Assembly (NCBI GenBank): GCA_030770535.1
Contig: JASVEC010000019.1
Span: 496,001-560,000, forward strand
Direction of reading: 5' to 3'
DNA from: Batkoa obscura
Taxonomy: Eukaryota
Length of the DNA: 64,000 nucleotides
The position numbers and the translations under genes were made by a program. The notes beneath the pieces were generated by a model. The model was not told the DNA's origin, ran no database searches, and saw nothing but the letters and a program-made list of their open reading frames with translations. Below are positions 1-12,326 of this stretch, in pieces (within the stretch, counting starts at the first letter, position 1; the number at the start of each line of letters is the position of its first letter).

Positions 1-2793
1 GTTAGGTGGTTGATGATAATGCTGAGGTGGCATTTGGTAAAATTGAGGTGGTGGTGGGTGGCCCATAGGATGACCCATAGGATGAAATGGTGGCTGATGT
101 TGATAAGGTGAACACCCTGGTGGTAGTTGGGGGTAATGAGGATGGTTATTGGATGGATAGCTGTTAGGAGCATGAGTGTGAGGCGGTTGGCTTGTTTGAT
201 TTTGATTGTAATGGGGTGATTGTGATGAATGGGGTGGAGTTTGTTGGTTGCCGCGTGGCTGATAATGATAATGTCCATCCATGTTTGGACGCTGAACATT
301 AGGATCGTTTGGTGGAGCATAACGCATCATGTTTGGGTTACTATTAGGCGCTCCCATATAGGTACCTTGTGGTCCGGATTGTGGAGGTCCTTGAGGCTGT
401 GGTGGGGGCTGTTGTGGTTGAGAAGGGCCGCGTCCTTGAGGTGAATGAGAATAGTTATTGCTACTATTGTTATCGCTATTATTACTGGTATTGGTATTGG
501 TATTAGTATTAGTATTGGCATTGCTGTTGTTATTGTTGCTATTCTCGTGAGGTTGTTTGTTATAATAATTTTGTGGAGTTGGTCCTGGTGAAGGATGGTT
601 AAGCATAGGTTGATTGTTTTGTTGTGGATATGGATATGGCGGAGGAGGATTGTGTTGTGGATGATTCATATAAGGCATACCCTGAGGTGGTATACCCATC
701 ATTTGAGGATATGGCATTTGGTTGGGATAGCGATAGGCCGGATAAAATGGTGGCTGTGGGTACATATTAGGTGGTATGTTTGGGTATTGAGGATCGGCAT
801 GTGTAACGTTGAATTGTTGACGGTATGGTTTACCTTCAGTGGGCCAAGTAGGTGCTTGAGTAGAAGGATCATTAAATACCTTCTGTTCAATAACTTCAAA
901 CTGCCAGTCAACAACGTCTTCTTTAACTTCAGGTTTGCCATTCAAGAAGAAAGCATTAACTTCTTTTTTAGCTTCAATGGTTGCATTTGGATTGAATGGT
1001 TTGGCAGATGGATTAGGCTTGAATTCGGGTGCTTTTACATTGAGTTTAGCAGAAGCTTTAACTGATGATGTTTCAGATTTTGCATCATCTTCACTTTTCT
1101 CACTTATAGCTGGTAAATGATCACCTGTTTTATTATCATTACCTTTTGAGATAATATCCTTGATATCGCTTGGTACCGGAGTTTTAAGTTTAAAAGTTTG
1201 AGAGAATTTAAGTAGTTCAGCGACCTTACCATCTTTATCCTTTTTGATTTTGGCTTGTTGTCCAAGCTTAACTCGCTCCTTTTCAGTTGATACAAATTGA
1301 CGGAAAGTGCCCATAAGTTCTTCTTCAATTGGTTTAGATGCCCTTTGTTTACCTAATAATTTCTTTTGAGTAGGAATTGAGAGTGCTAATTTATTGGAAG
1401 AAAATAACTGAAGTATAGCATCTGCTTTCTTTTGTGAAATAGGTTGTCCAGTTGTGACTTTTTTAGTTGGAATAGGAAGAGGTTGATGTTTCTCGGCTGC
1501 CATAGCATGCTTCAAATTTTTATCACGAAGCGCCATAGCTTCCAAAAAGCGTGCCGTGTTTGATTTCTTAGAAAGATCCTTCGATTCATTACTTTCAGCA
1601 GTTGGCTGGTTGATAGTGGCTGGTTTTGATGTTTCCACTTTCTTGGACTCATCCAAAGGATTTGTTTGGGCGCTCGGCTGGGCAGTGCCTGCCTTTGGTT
1701 GTGTTTCAAGCGATGTAGTTTGAGCTTCTTGACCTTTGGCTTGCATTACTTGCTGATATTTTGCCCTTACACTTGGTGGAACATATTTTCCTTCTTTAAT
1801 AGCTCTAGCCACTGCAGAATATTTTTCTTCTTCATCTTCATCGTTATTAGTTTGGTGACCACGTTCTTCACTAATATGAGGGTTAGATGAAGACTTGTTT
1901 AAAATTTCATTAGCTATACGCTCAGCATTACGTTCAACTTCAGCAAAGTTTGGAGCAGAGCGATCAATCTTTGTTGTATAAATAAGCTCATCGTAGTTAG
2001 TCTCAACATTGAACAATGCCTTATTTGCAGCAAATTGATCCCATTTACCATTCTCATCCAAAAACTGATTATTGATATCACTTCCAGTGGTATCAGGTAT
2101 ATTTTCATCTGGTACCCATGAAACTAATTCTCGTTCATAAACTTCACCAGAATGACCAGAAATTCCAGTATCAGTACGGAAACTCTGTCTACGATGTGCC
2201 TCTTTGATATTTGGAGGATTAAAGTCCACATTTTCTACCTCTATACATTCTAAATCTTTAGCTAAAAAGATCATTTGTTTCAAAACATCGTTAGAATCAT
2301 TTTCTTCTTCGGTTGAATTTACCTTTTTTGAAAGCTGTAAAGCCACACCAAGGTCTGTATCAACAGTCGCTGCTTCAAATAGGCCCTCAAATGAATCACC
2401 ATGAACTGTTGAGACACCAACTTTTTGACCTATCATATTACTTAAAAGGAACATTGTACGTTCGTGCATAATGCGAGCTACTTTCGCTTCAGGAGATTCT
2501 GAAGTGCTTCCTAACTTTGGATTCTGCTCTTTTTGCTGAGGAGGAGGAAAATTTGCTTGGAGATCGATAGGAGGATTGTTGGGTTGGTATTGATGTTGTT
2601 GAGAAATATTAAAATTTTGCCCTTGATTTGGATATTGGCTTGTATGGTTCCATTTACCACCACGTCCTTTACTTGGTCCTTGACTTGGTCCATGATTACC
2701 ACTGATGTTATTTGGGTTACTTTGACCTACTCCACCATGATTGGAATAAAACCCACGCCCATTTTTAAAGTTTTTATTACCTCGGTAGGCCAT
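1..2793 (-). CDS. PBP1: Ataxin-2/Pbp1-like poly(A)-binding-protein-binding protein; partial, runs off the window start
   Basis: ATG at 2793 (MAYRGNKNFKNGRG...); the segments I translated are open and in one frame down to position 1. Lsm region (MHERTMFLLSNMIGQKVGV...FEGLF), FRTDTGIS...ERELVSW, LsmAD (WDQFAANKALFNVETNYDELIYTTKIDRS...AERIANEI...NPHISEERG), PAM2-like KLNVKAPEFKPNPSAKPFNP near 990-1050, then a P/Q/H-rich tail. Absent from the ORF track because there is no stop in the window. Confidence 0.93.
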   Translation of the reverse strand, partial: MAYRGNKNFKNGRGFYSNHGGVGQSNPNNISGNHGPSQGPSKGRGGKWNHTSQYPNQGQNFNISQQHQYQPNNPPIDLQANFPPPQQKEQNPKLGSTSESPEAKVARIMHERTMFLLSNMIGQKVGVSTVHGDSFEGLFEAATVDTDLGVALQLSKKVNSTEEENDSNDVLKQMIFLAKDLECIEVENVDFNPPNIKEAHRRQSFRTDTGISGHSGEVYERELVSWVPDENIPDTTGSDINNQFLDENGKWDQFAANKALFNVETNYDELIYTTKIDRSAPNFAEVERNAERIANEILNKSSSNPHISEERGHQTNNDEDEEEKYSAVARAIKEGKYVPPSVRAKYQQVMQAKGQEAQTTSLETQPKAGTAQPSAQTNPLDESKKVETSKPATINQPTAESNESKDLSKKSNTARFLEAMALRDKNLKHAMAAEKHQPLPIPTKKVTTGQPISQKKADAILQLFSSNKLALSIPTQKKLLGKQRASKPIEEELMGTFRQFVSTEKERVKLGQQAKIKKDKDGKVAELLKFSQTFKLKTPVPSDIKDIISKGNDNKTGDHLPAISEKSEDDAKSETSSVKASAKLNVKAPEFKPNPSAKPFNPNATIEAKKEVNAFFLNGKPEVKEDVVDWQFEVIEQKVFNDPSTQAPTWPTEGKPYRQQFNVTHADPQYPNIPPNMYPQPPFYPAYRYPNQMPYPQMMGIPPQGMPYMNHPQHNPPPPYPYPQQNNQPMLNHPSPGPTPQNYYNKQPHENSNNNNSNANTNTNTNTNTSNNSDNNSSNNYSHSPQGRGPSQPQQPPPQPQGPPQSGPQGTYMGAPNSNPNMMRYAPPNDPNVQRPNMDGHYHYQPRGNQQTPPHSSQSPHYNQNQTSQPPHTHAPNSYPSNNHPHYPQLPPGCSPYQHQPPFHPMGHPMGHPPPPQFYQMPPQHYHQPPN

Positions 2794-3720
2794 TCTTTTA
2801 AGAGTTAAAATGGTTTCGTAATTTGAATTGATTTATTTTTCAAAGCTCAACTTTCTCCATTTTCTCATATCCACCACTAAAAAGCGCTTTATTTATATAA
2901 ATACGATTTCATTGGTCTAATTCATAAATTATATTGAATTCCACGAATCATGTTGAACTTATTGAATGCATACTATATTTTAACCTTTGAAACTTGTTTT
3001 TTATTCATGTTTGAATTTTCAAGTATTAAAAGCTAATTTTAAAACTAAACAAAAAATAATAATAAAATTCAACATTTTACTTTTTATTTTAGTTAGTTCA
3101 AATTTAAAATGGTTTTAATTTTTCAACAAAAAAGCATTCCTCATTTTCGCACTGTTTATATTTAATTCACTAGAAGGTTCTTTCAAAAGATGCTAGATTT
3201 TAATATAAAAAAATAGGCTAATCATTAATTACAACAGATATTGATCTTTTTGTATAAGAGCAATCTTAATTAGTAGTAAAATACACATTAATGTTCCAAT
3301 CGTACACCTTTAGGATTAGTTATCGAAAAAGACTAAAATTATTTTTATAAATCAAAGCTGAGGAAAAATTGAACTTTGGGTTAAAATTAACTCAATATTT
3401 TAAGATTAAATTGAAGTTACTATTATATACTATACTTCGTTGTTTCAATAGTGCCTTTCTAAACTTGTATACATTAAAATGTTTCCATTTAAGTATTGAA
3501 TATTATCCTATTAATTGAGTTGTATTGCTAAAATAAATTTAATTGTATTCTAGTTGAATTTTTATAAATATTATTTTTTTCATAGATTAGTCGTAGTTTA
3601 AAATATCTAACTTAGATGGACGTAAGTCTATATCCACTTCAGATGTGATAATTTATAATCAATTTCAAATACAAAAAATCATGTTAATTATTAGTAACTA
3701 CTTTATTCACATTAGAAATA

Positions 3721-4110
3721 TTAACAAGAACCATATCTATTCAACTTAATAAACACAGACCCAGGGCAAGCTTTTGTTGAATTTAGATTAGCTGAACCAC
3801 CCATCATTTGATCAATTACATGGCCTACACAATCTTTACCATAATGAAAAGTGATTTGAGTAGTGGCTGTAGACAATAAGGATTTAATAGCGAAGTCGGG
3901 AATATCATTAGTACATCCATATATCCCTTTAACTGAGACAGTCTTTGTAGTTCCTTTAAAGTTTGAATCCGAATAGAAAGTTGCCTCCATAGTAGTATTA
4001 CTATTTGGTGGTAAACTTACATTTCCACAATTGTCATAAATTGGTAGACATTTATCTGCATTGACTATGGTAAATGTTAAAATAGTTAAAAAGATAGAGT
4101 TAAATTGCAT
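3721..4110 (-). CDS. Small secreted six-Cys protein, possible beta/gamma-crystallin-like fold (paralog A)
   Basis: 129 aa, hydrophobic N-terminus, six Cys, FYSDSNFKG motif resembling the crystallin Greek-key signature. Colinear paralog of the genes at 6600 and 10504. Confidence 0.8.
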   Translation of the reverse strand: MQFNSIFLTILTFTIVNADKCLPIYDNCGNVSLPPNSNTTMEATFYSDSNFKGTTKTVSVKGIYGCTNDIPDFAIKSLLSTATTQITFHYGKDCVGHVIDQMMGGSANLNSTKACPGSVFIKLNRYGSC

Positions 4111-4843
4111 TTTTTTGCTATATCAATATTAAATTGTTGTTTTTAATATTTTATTACTTATATTTCTATTGTTTATATAGTATGGAATTTTTTAGATCAG
4201 TAAAACAGTTAAAAATAACTTCAAAATTAAGTATGAAATAATTTGACCCCTTCTAAGCAGTTATTTTTAAACTTTGACGTATATTAGTAAAACTATTTTT
4301 AATTAATTTTTTGTAATATTGTTTTATGCACATAATAGTAGAACTTAATGTCTTATATCTTTTTTCATAAAGAATTCAAGTGTTATAGTGGAATGCCTGT
4401 AGTATCCAACCTAGTATTAAGAATAAAGTATTAACTTAAACCTTTAATGCTATAATGTAATAATGCATTGTATAATATTAAAGATAGTTAGTTACCTAAA
4501 AACACTACAATATCAAACACATTAAATTAAATGTACTTTTGATAAAATTTAAAGGATAGTAGATTGTACTTCAGTTAAAACTGATTGGTTATTATTTTCA
4601 GTGAGTTTTAATAATTGAAAGTATTTTAAGTTGCCACTAACAGATAAATTTAAAAATTCAACCCAATATTCTTATATAACTAGTACTTTATCCTTCCTCA
4701 ATTGAAGCTTACCTCGTCGTTACCCTTTTATATTCTTTTTTATATGGGTAAGTTTAAAAGCTCAGTAAAAATTAGAAATAAAATTTTCCAATTTCACTCT
4801 GTCTATTTTCTAATAGTGCACAATTTTGAAAAAAATATTAAAT

Positions 4844-4940
4844 GGGAATGTATTTTTGTGTTCAAGAATTTTACTAACAAATTTTCTGCTTGAATAGCGC
4901 TTAAAAAATGGAGAAAATAATGGTTAAAAAAAACACTCTC
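4844..4940 (+). mobile_element. ~99-bp MITE copy
   Basis: GGGAATG...CACTCTC with the family core (AAGAATTTTACTAACAA...ATAGCGCTTAAAAAATGG), flanked by AAAT on both sides. Confidence 0.85.
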
Positions 4941-5159
4941 AAATAGTGAATAAAAAAACGTTCCTATATAAACAACTTTAGATATTAGATAAGCAAAAGT
5001 AACCAATTTCATAACGTCTGCTTAATTTATAATTTTCCATTAAAAATCTAAACTGGATAAAGGTTGAACTGAGCTTTTAAACTATTCTGATACTTACAAA
5101 TTAGTAAATCAAAAAAATCAAAAAAATGTAAATAATCGTTTATAAACAAAGAAAAAAAT

Positions 5160-5232
5160 GGTCCCGTGGCCCAATGGACAAGGCGTCTGACTACGGATCA
5201 GGAGATTCCAGGTTCGATCCCTGGCGGGATCA
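5160..5232 (+). tRNA. tRNA-Arg(ACG)
   Basis: Cloverleaf: GGTCCCG/CGGGATC acceptor stem, TCTGA-CTACGGA-TCAGG anticodon arm, GGTTCGATCC T arm. Confidence 0.95.
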
Positions 5233-5515
5233 TTATGACTTTTTTGTAAAATTTTTAATAGCTTTTAGGTTAGAAAAATGGATCAATTATTTAAAATTCT
5301 TTATTTAGTTGTAACTATATCTGTGTTATTTTTAAATTGATTTGTTGATTTTATTTTACTATTAAAATTAAAAACATCTTTATATGTTCAAACTTATACA
5401 TAATTAATTTAAAGTTTTTTTTAGATTTTTTAACTTATTCCAAATAATTAATTGAAAAGCTTTATAGTTTTTTTTATTAAATATAAAATAATAATATTTT
5501 TTAAATTAAATTATT

Positions 5516-5985
5516 AGGTGAAATCTGGTACTCAGTGATTGGAGTCAAGGCAGTTTTTGCTTGATCGATTAGCCGTAAGTTGGAAGGCTTTAGTTTATGT
5601 AACTAAGACAAACTTAGATTATGGAGGATAAGACTTAGTAGGCTACAAACTATATAAGATAAATAGAATAGACAATACTACTGTAAAATCTACTCAAAAT
5701 GCTATCAGAAAGATTTACTGGCTTTATTAAAGATACAATATCAGGGAATAATTCAATCAAAAAACCTTGAGCTACTATGTTCTAGAATCTCTTTTATACT
5801 TCAACAAGTATGGATATCAAAACAGAAAGATAATGTCCTTCGGAATTACATGGCAGAAATTCTCATAACAAATCAAAATCAAAATCAAAATGAAAGGCTT
5901 GGGATTGATTGTGTCTAAACTCGAGAACACAACAACTTAAGCGGTTATTATGTTATAATCAATCATGGAGCTGACAAAGCGATAT
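5516..5985 (+). mobile_element. Diverged partial copy of the decayed element at 17703-18370
   Basis: Shared blocks such as GTGAAATCTGGT, GAATAGACAATACTACTGTAAAATCTAC, GGGATTGATTGTGTCT and ATAATCAATCAT.GAGCTGACAAA. Lacks the two MITEs present in the 17.7-kb copy. Confidence 0.7.
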
Positions 5986-6309
5986 TCCACATTAGTAAAA
6001 TTCTTGAACAAAAAAACACATCCTCATATACCGAGCACATATATTATATAAATCTATTTTGTTATATTTTTAAAATTACTTAGTATATATTTTTTTAAAT
6101 ATTAACTTGGCTATTGCTATTAATAATTATGTCAATTTTTACTTATATTAAATTTAACTTATATTTGTTGAAAAGATATATTAAATCTGCAATTAGTAAT
6201 AATACTATTTACTGTCTTTTATTTATTATTTTCTTTAAAGCATTAATTTTATACATTGGTTGATTAAGTTTGTTATTAATAATAAATTTTGATATCTAAT
6301 TAAATATAT

Positions 6310-6408
6310 GGGGATGTATTTTTACGTTTAAGAATTTTACTAATAAATTTTCCGCTCAAATAGCGCTTAAAAGGTGGAAAAAGTAATGAAATGAAAAAAA
6401 TCATCCCC
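6310..6408 (+). mobile_element. ~99-bp MITE copy with a matching empty site
   Basis: ATAT-GGGGATG...CATCCCC-ATAT. The partner arm near 11080-11086 has a single ATAT and no element. Confidence 0.92.
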
Positions 6409-6599
6409 ATATAGTGATGTGTTTTTTGTTTAGTAATTTTACTATTAATCTTTCATCCCAAATTGTACTTAAAAAACGGAAAAAATAAAGAAACCAAAAA
6501 AAACACCTTCTTCATATGTAAGGTTGTACTTACTAAACAAAAAATAAGAGATAAAAAACAACTCATAATAATAACAAAATCATTTATTCACATAGAAAA

Positions 6600-6989
6600 C
6601 TAACAAGAGCCATAACGATTTAATTTGATAAAAACAGAGCCTGGACATCCTTTTTTGGAATCTAAGTCAAATGACCCACCTTGCATTTGATCAATTACAT
6701 GACCAATACAATCTTTACCATAATGAAGGGTAATCTGGGTGGTACCTGTAGATAATATCGATTTGATAGAGAAATTAGGTACATCATTAGTACAGCCATA
6801 GATTCCTTTGATTGTTACATTTTTATTTTCACCTTTAAAATCAGGCTCAGAATAAAAGGAAGTGTCCATGGTAGGATTGGAATTTGGAATCAAACTGACA
6901 TCTCCACAATTATTGGTAATGGTTGGACACTTTTCACAAGTGAAGAGATTATAAGATAAAATAGTTAAAAAGATTGATTTTAATTGCAT
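6600..6989 (-). CDS. Small secreted six-Cys crystallin-like protein (paralog B, copy 1)
   Basis: First ATG at 6989 (the track start is TTG) gives 129 aa, the same length as paralog A; FYSEPDFKG motif. Confidence 0.8.
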   Translation of the reverse strand: MQLKSIFLTILSYNLFTCEKCPTITNNCGDVSLIPNSNPTMDTSFYSEPDFKGENKNVTIKGIYGCTNDVPNFSIKSILSTGTTQITLHYGKDCIGHVIDQMQGGSFDLDSKKGCPGSVFIKLNRYGSC

Positions 6990-8518
6990 CTTAAATTTCA
7001 ATTGTATTGAATTGATAAATGGTTTTTATTTTCTTTGATAAATATTTCTTTTGTTTATATAACTTATTGATGTTTGTATGCTATTATATAATTATCATAA
7101 TGTAAATCTTCACTTTTTTTCAAAACATTTATTTTTAAATTTTATTTTTATGCTAATTAATTATTTTTAATTAGACTATCATATACATAAAATATTTAGG
7201 CCAATATGTTTTATTTCGCTACAAGCTTCTCAATTGATTCCTCACTGTTTTTTCCTAGCTACTTTCAAGTCCTTCTCCCTGATATAGAGCCCACTTTTTC
7301 ATCCACTTTCATATCCTCAGCCCTTTGGATTATTATTACTCGTACTGTAAACATTCACATGAGCTCAGATGCTGATTTGTTAGCCCCTAATCTCTTTCTT
7401 GAATGACAGGTATCGTAGCCTACTGCTACTCATTTAGCCTCTTCTTGCCTTAACTATGATTCTAAGGTAAATCAGCCAGAGTCAAACAGCTTTTTAACTT
7501 CTCTCTTTATTGTTTTATTAATAAGCCACTTGCTTGTAAAGGTTCAAGGTTTAAAAAAATTAAAATGTAAAAGCTATAAATTTTGTTTGTTATAATAACT
7601 TTTAAAAACTTATTGATTCTATTTTAAAGAATTAATTATTAATGTTAATAGGATCTGAATCTAATTTAAAACAATATCAAAAGTTGAAAATACTTGAGTT
7701 TCATTTACATTAGATGAGTAATATACCGTACTTGTTTGAATTGTTATCTTCAAGGCTCATATTCTTGAACGTGATTATTTATGCCATTTAATTAAATTAA
7801 GTTATTTTTTGGTAAAAGTTAATTAAATGCTATAAAAATATTAGTAAACTAATAGATCCACTTTATTGAAATTTAATAATATGCCAAGAACTATTCAAAA
7901 AAATACTTCGAAAAAACTCAATATTATAACGTTTATAATATTAAATTACTGGCTTATCTATAATGTTTTTATGTTACATGATTATATCATATCTTTAAAG
8001 TTCATTTCTTTATAGTCTTAAACTAATTTATATTTTGCTATTGAATTTAATATTCTAGCATATGACTTTAGGGATGGTATAATATTTTATTAATTTTATC
8101 AATTCTCCAATAGCTTGGTGGGAATAAAATTTGAGTATAGCTGTTAGAATTCAAATGCGCAATTTTTTACAAATTAAATTTAGTCATAAATCGGGCATTT
8201 ATCTTTTCCATTTGATAATTTAGTTATAACAGTTTTTATATTTTTATACTGAGTAAAATGTAAAATAAAAATGCCCACTTTAGGTTGAGATTGAATTTAG
8301 TAAAAAATGGCAACTAAATTTTAATAACTGTACCTCAATAAATTTAGTGAATGATCAAAAAAGCGGTAATTTAAGGAATGGAATAACTTAACATTTTATA
8401 GAAAGAAACTCATGATTTATCGGATGACTATTGCATTATAAATAAGAAAAGTATATAAACAAGAGGTTTGTTATATTGTAAACAAATTAATTTTTTAATT
8501 TTGTTTAATTTAAAAAAT

Positions 8519-9958
8519 ATGAATATCAAATTAATATTAACCTCCTTAATAGCATCTGTTGTATACTCCAAACTACCTTTAGTTAGTTTAAAAATTGATG
8601 ATCGAGTGTTGGATGAATTTAATTCTAGATTAGCCAATCCAAGTACTGAATTATGGTTTAATCAAACCTTAACACATAAAGGCGGACCTGATAGTAAAAA
8701 GTATTGGCAGCAAAGATACTTTGTAAATGATCAATTTTATAAACCTGGTGGTCCAGCCTTTTTATTTATTGGTGGTGAAGGTGAATTAGATGCCCGTTGG
8801 ACTGAAGTTTCTATTTTAGCTAAAGCAGCTGAAAAACATAATGGAATAGTTTATGCATTGGAACATCGATTCTACGGTAAATCGTATCCAAAACCAGATT
8901 TATCTACTAAGAGTTTACAATATCTTAGTTCCGAGTTAGCTGTCGATGATTTGGCTAACTTTGCTAAAACTGTTAAATTACCTCAATCAGATGAACCTCA
9001 TTATGATCTTGGCAAAACTAAATGGATTATTTCTGGTGGTAGTTATCCAGGTAATTTAGCTGCTTGGACTCGTTTCAAACATCCTGAGGTATTTCATGGT
9101 GCAGTTGCTTCTTCAGCTCCAGTTGAAGCTAAAGAAGATTTTTTTGAATATGATCAACAAGTTCAAAGGTCTTTAGAATTTAATGGTGGTAAAGATTGTT
9201 TGAATTATTATATTGAGAACTTTAAGAAAATCGATAGTATTATGTTTAGCAGAAATCGAAAAGATATTGATGCATTAAAATCCAAATTTACTTGTGAAAA
9301 AGTCAGCGATGAATTATTTGTTGATGCATTAACTTATGTATCCGGTACTGTTCAATATAATAATAATAATAAACCTGGTAATGTAGTGGATTATTGCAAA
9401 TCATTAAAATTAAACGGTACTGCTAGTGAAAAATTAGATGATTTTGCTAGAGATTTTAAAAAAGTATTAAATGGCGCTACCTGTGAAAGCTTTGTTGATT
9501 TAACTCCTTTTAAATCAGAAAAGAAGGGTGATCCTACTGCAGCTACTCGTCAATGGTTATATCAATGTTGCACTGAATTTGGTTATTGGCAAGTAGCCCC
9601 TCATTTTGGCTCTTCTGCTACCAGATCTCGTTTACCAAGAGTACCTTTCTATCAAGATTTATATTGTAAGAATCTCTTTGGTCCAGCTGGTCCAAAAAGA
9701 CCAAATACTTATGCTACTAATTTAAAATATCGTTCTAAAGATATTTATATTAAGAACTTATTATTTGTTAATGGTGAATTAGACCCTTGGATGCCTCTCT
9801 CTGTTTCCAAATCTTATTACAAATCGATGCCTTCCATTATTGTTAAAGGCGCCTCCCATTGTTCGGATGCTACTGTTCCAAGAGGTATAGATTCTAAAGA
9901 GGTTGCCGAAGCTAAAGTCAAAGTTTTAGCTTTCATTGATGAACTTTTGAAAAACTAA
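8519..9958 (+). CDS. Secreted serine peptidase, family S28 (prolyl carboxypeptidase/DPP-II/thymus-specific serine protease family)
   Basis: ATG at 8519 then a signal peptide. Motifs QRYFVN, FLFIGGEG, LEHRFYGKS, GGSYPG (Ser), ASSAPV, RQWLYQCCTEFG, NGELDPW (Asp), GASHCSD (His). Confidence 0.95.
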   Translation: MNIKLILTSLIASVVYSKLPLVSLKIDDRVLDEFNSRLANPSTELWFNQTLTHKGGPDSKKYWQQRYFVNDQFYKPGGPAFLFIGGEGELDARWTEVSILAKAAEKHNGIVYALEHRFYGKSYPKPDLSTKSLQYLSSELAVDDLANFAKTVKLPQSDEPHYDLGKTKWIISGGSYPGNLAAWTRFKHPEVFHGAVASSAPVEAKEDFFEYDQQVQRSLEFNGGKDCLNYYIENFKKIDSIMFSRNRKDIDALKSKFTCEKVSDELFVDALTYVSGTVQYNNNNKPGNVVDYCKSLKLNGTASEKLDDFARDFKKVLNGATCESFVDLTPFKSEKKGDPTAATRQWLYQCCTEFGYWQVAPHFGSSATRSRLPRVPFYQDLYCKNLFGPAGPKRPNTYATNLKYRSKDIYIKNLLFVNGELDPWMPLSVSKSYYKSMPSIIVKGASHCSDATVPRGIDSKEVAEAKVKVLAFIDELLKN

Positions 9959-10322
9959 CTTTATTGATTGTTAGTATTAAAATTTAATAAAATTAATGTT
10001 ATCTTATGCTACCAATTTAGTTATTTTTAAAACTATGTCTATAAAAATAGTCAAAATAAAATTTTTTATTAAGTGAATTTTTAACATATGATTTAACATA
10101 GTATTCCAAAACAATATAATCTCTAATGTTTCTATCGTATTGTTACATCACAACATAAAGCATTTGTAAATTCATATTAATAGTTCAATTGATATAATTG
10201 TTCTAATTTTTAAAATTGATACAATACCATTTTTATAATATACCATTTTTAACATTCTATTAGAACATATAAAGATAAATTAACTTAACTACTATGTGCA
10301 TAAAATACTATTTATAGTTTAG

Positions 10323-11108
10323 TTAAAAATAATTAATTAGCATAAAAATAAAATTTAAAAATAAATGTTTTGAAAAAAAGTGAAGATTTACATTATGATA
10401 ATTATATAATAGCATACAAACATCAATAAGTTATATAAACAAAAGAAATATTTATCAAAGAAAATAAAAACCATTTATCAATTCAATACAATTGAAATTT
10501 AAGATGCAATTAAAATCAATCTTTTTAACTATTTTATCTTATAATCTCTTCACTTGTGAAAAGTGTCCAACCATTACCAATAATTGTGGAGATGTCAGTT
10601 TGATTCCAAATTCCAATCCTACCATGGACACTTCCTTTTATTCTGAGCCTGATTTTAAAGGTGAAAATAAAAATGTAACAATCAAAGGAATCTATGGCTG
10701 TACTAATGATGTACCTAATTTCTCTATCAAATCGATATTATCTACAGGTACCACCCAGATTACCCTTCATTATGGTAAAGATTGTATTGGTCATGTAATT
10801 GATCAAATGCAAGGTGGGTCATTTGACTTAGATTCCAAAAAAGGATGTCCAGGCTCTGTTTTTATCAAATTAAATCGTTATGGCTCTTGTTAGTTTTCTA
10901 TGTGAATAAATGATTTTGTTATTATTATGAGTTGTTTTTTATCTCTTATTTTTTGTTTAGTAAGTACAACCTTACATATGAAGAAGGTGTTTTTTTTGGT
11001 TTCTTTATTTTTTCCGTTTTTTAAGTACAATTTGGGATGAAAGATTAATAGTAAAATTACTAAACAAAAAACACATCACTATATATTTAATTAGATATCA
11101 AAATTTAT
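10323..11108. repeat. Right arm of the inverted duplication (partner 6282-7170)
   Basis: Reverse-complement match to 6282-7170. Confidence 0.92.
10504..10893 (+). CDS. Small secreted six-Cys crystallin-like protein (paralog B, copy 2)
   Basis: Protein identical to 6600-6989; ATG at 10504. Confidence 0.8.
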   Translation: MQLKSIFLTILSYNLFTCEKCPTITNNCGDVSLIPNSNPTMDTSFYSEPDFKGENKNVTIKGIYGCTNDVPNFSIKSILSTGTTQITLHYGKDCIGHVIDQMQGGSFDLDSKKGCPGSVFIKLNRYGSC

Positions 11109-12326
11109 ATTGAGAAATCATTTAATATAACTAAAAAACAAAAAATATTTTATAGTAAAAAGCTGAGGACGTAAATAAAGTTTAGGATTTAGCTATATAG
11201 TAAAACATTATATTTCAAGAAAGATAACTGTTTATATAGCATTATAATCTTAAATAAAGCTAACAACCATGTTTTAAATTATATAGTTAAAATAAACTAT
11301 AATTTATAAGTATAAAATACTCACTGATAAATCAAACAAAATAACAAATATAAATGTAATAAAAGTAAAATATAATGAATATTTAAATATTTGAAGTACA
11401 GGCTATAAAAGTAGTTCCTATAATTTATATTGCTTTGTTAGATTACTCGAAACTTTGAAAATTTGAATTAATTTAATAAAAAACAATACTCAATTATAAC
11501 TATATTTATAACCAAATAACTATTTTCATTGAAATAAACAAGATCTTAAAAAGCCCTCCTTATTGATTGACTAAGCCGTGGATGGGAAGTTTGACTTCTG
11601 AGAAAATAGATATTTCAACCTGGGCTATGAATAAGTTAAAGTTTTACGGTTGATTTGGTTTAGTATATAGAGGGGTGTTTTTTTGACTTCGCTATTTTTC
11701 CCATTTTTTAAGCATCATTTGAGAGGGAAATTTGTCAGTAAAATTCTTAAACGTAAAAATATATCCACATATAATAAAATCCCAAGTAAAAGCAGTGGGG
11801 GTAATGGTTATATGGAAAGAGGTTTTATTAAAGTGAAAACTATGGGGACTGCTAATACAAAATCTTTAGATAATATGATAACAGAGGCACAATGTTGTAA
11901 AAAAGTCCTTTTGACACAATATTATTAAATATTTGTAAGCTAAGTATGAAATACTTTAAATCACTTAAAAAACATCTATTGATCCATTAAATTAATATTT
12001 GATAATCCATGGACTCCTTCTGAGTATGTATATTTTGTCTATAAGCATTTTATTGTTTTACTAGGTCAAAATCATAGATTTAATACAAAATCAGTGTGCA
12101 TTAAAGAAGTTCTTAATGGAGGCAAGCGTTATATTTAAAATAGAAAATGAAATTTATGCCCTGGTATCTAGGAGGGTTCTCAGACAAAACCATATTTCTT
12201 TGGAAGACCAATATGTAAATTGATCTTTAGACTTTTTGAGTACAGCAGAAGGTATTGAGTTCATATTATATACGTTTTGGACTCAGACCTATCATTAAGT
12301 ATTTGACCAAAGGAAAGTTTATACTT

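Larger units (their letters stand above)
6282..7170. repeat. Left arm of an inverted duplication (partner 10323-11108)
   Basis: Reverse complement of 10323-11108 apart from an extra MITE at 6310-6408; contains an identical gene copy. Confidence 0.92.

Noticed and set aside
229..2808. Twelve short track ORFs on both strands
   Set aside because: Shadow or off-frame ORFs of the long minus-strand ataxin-2/Pbp1 frame.
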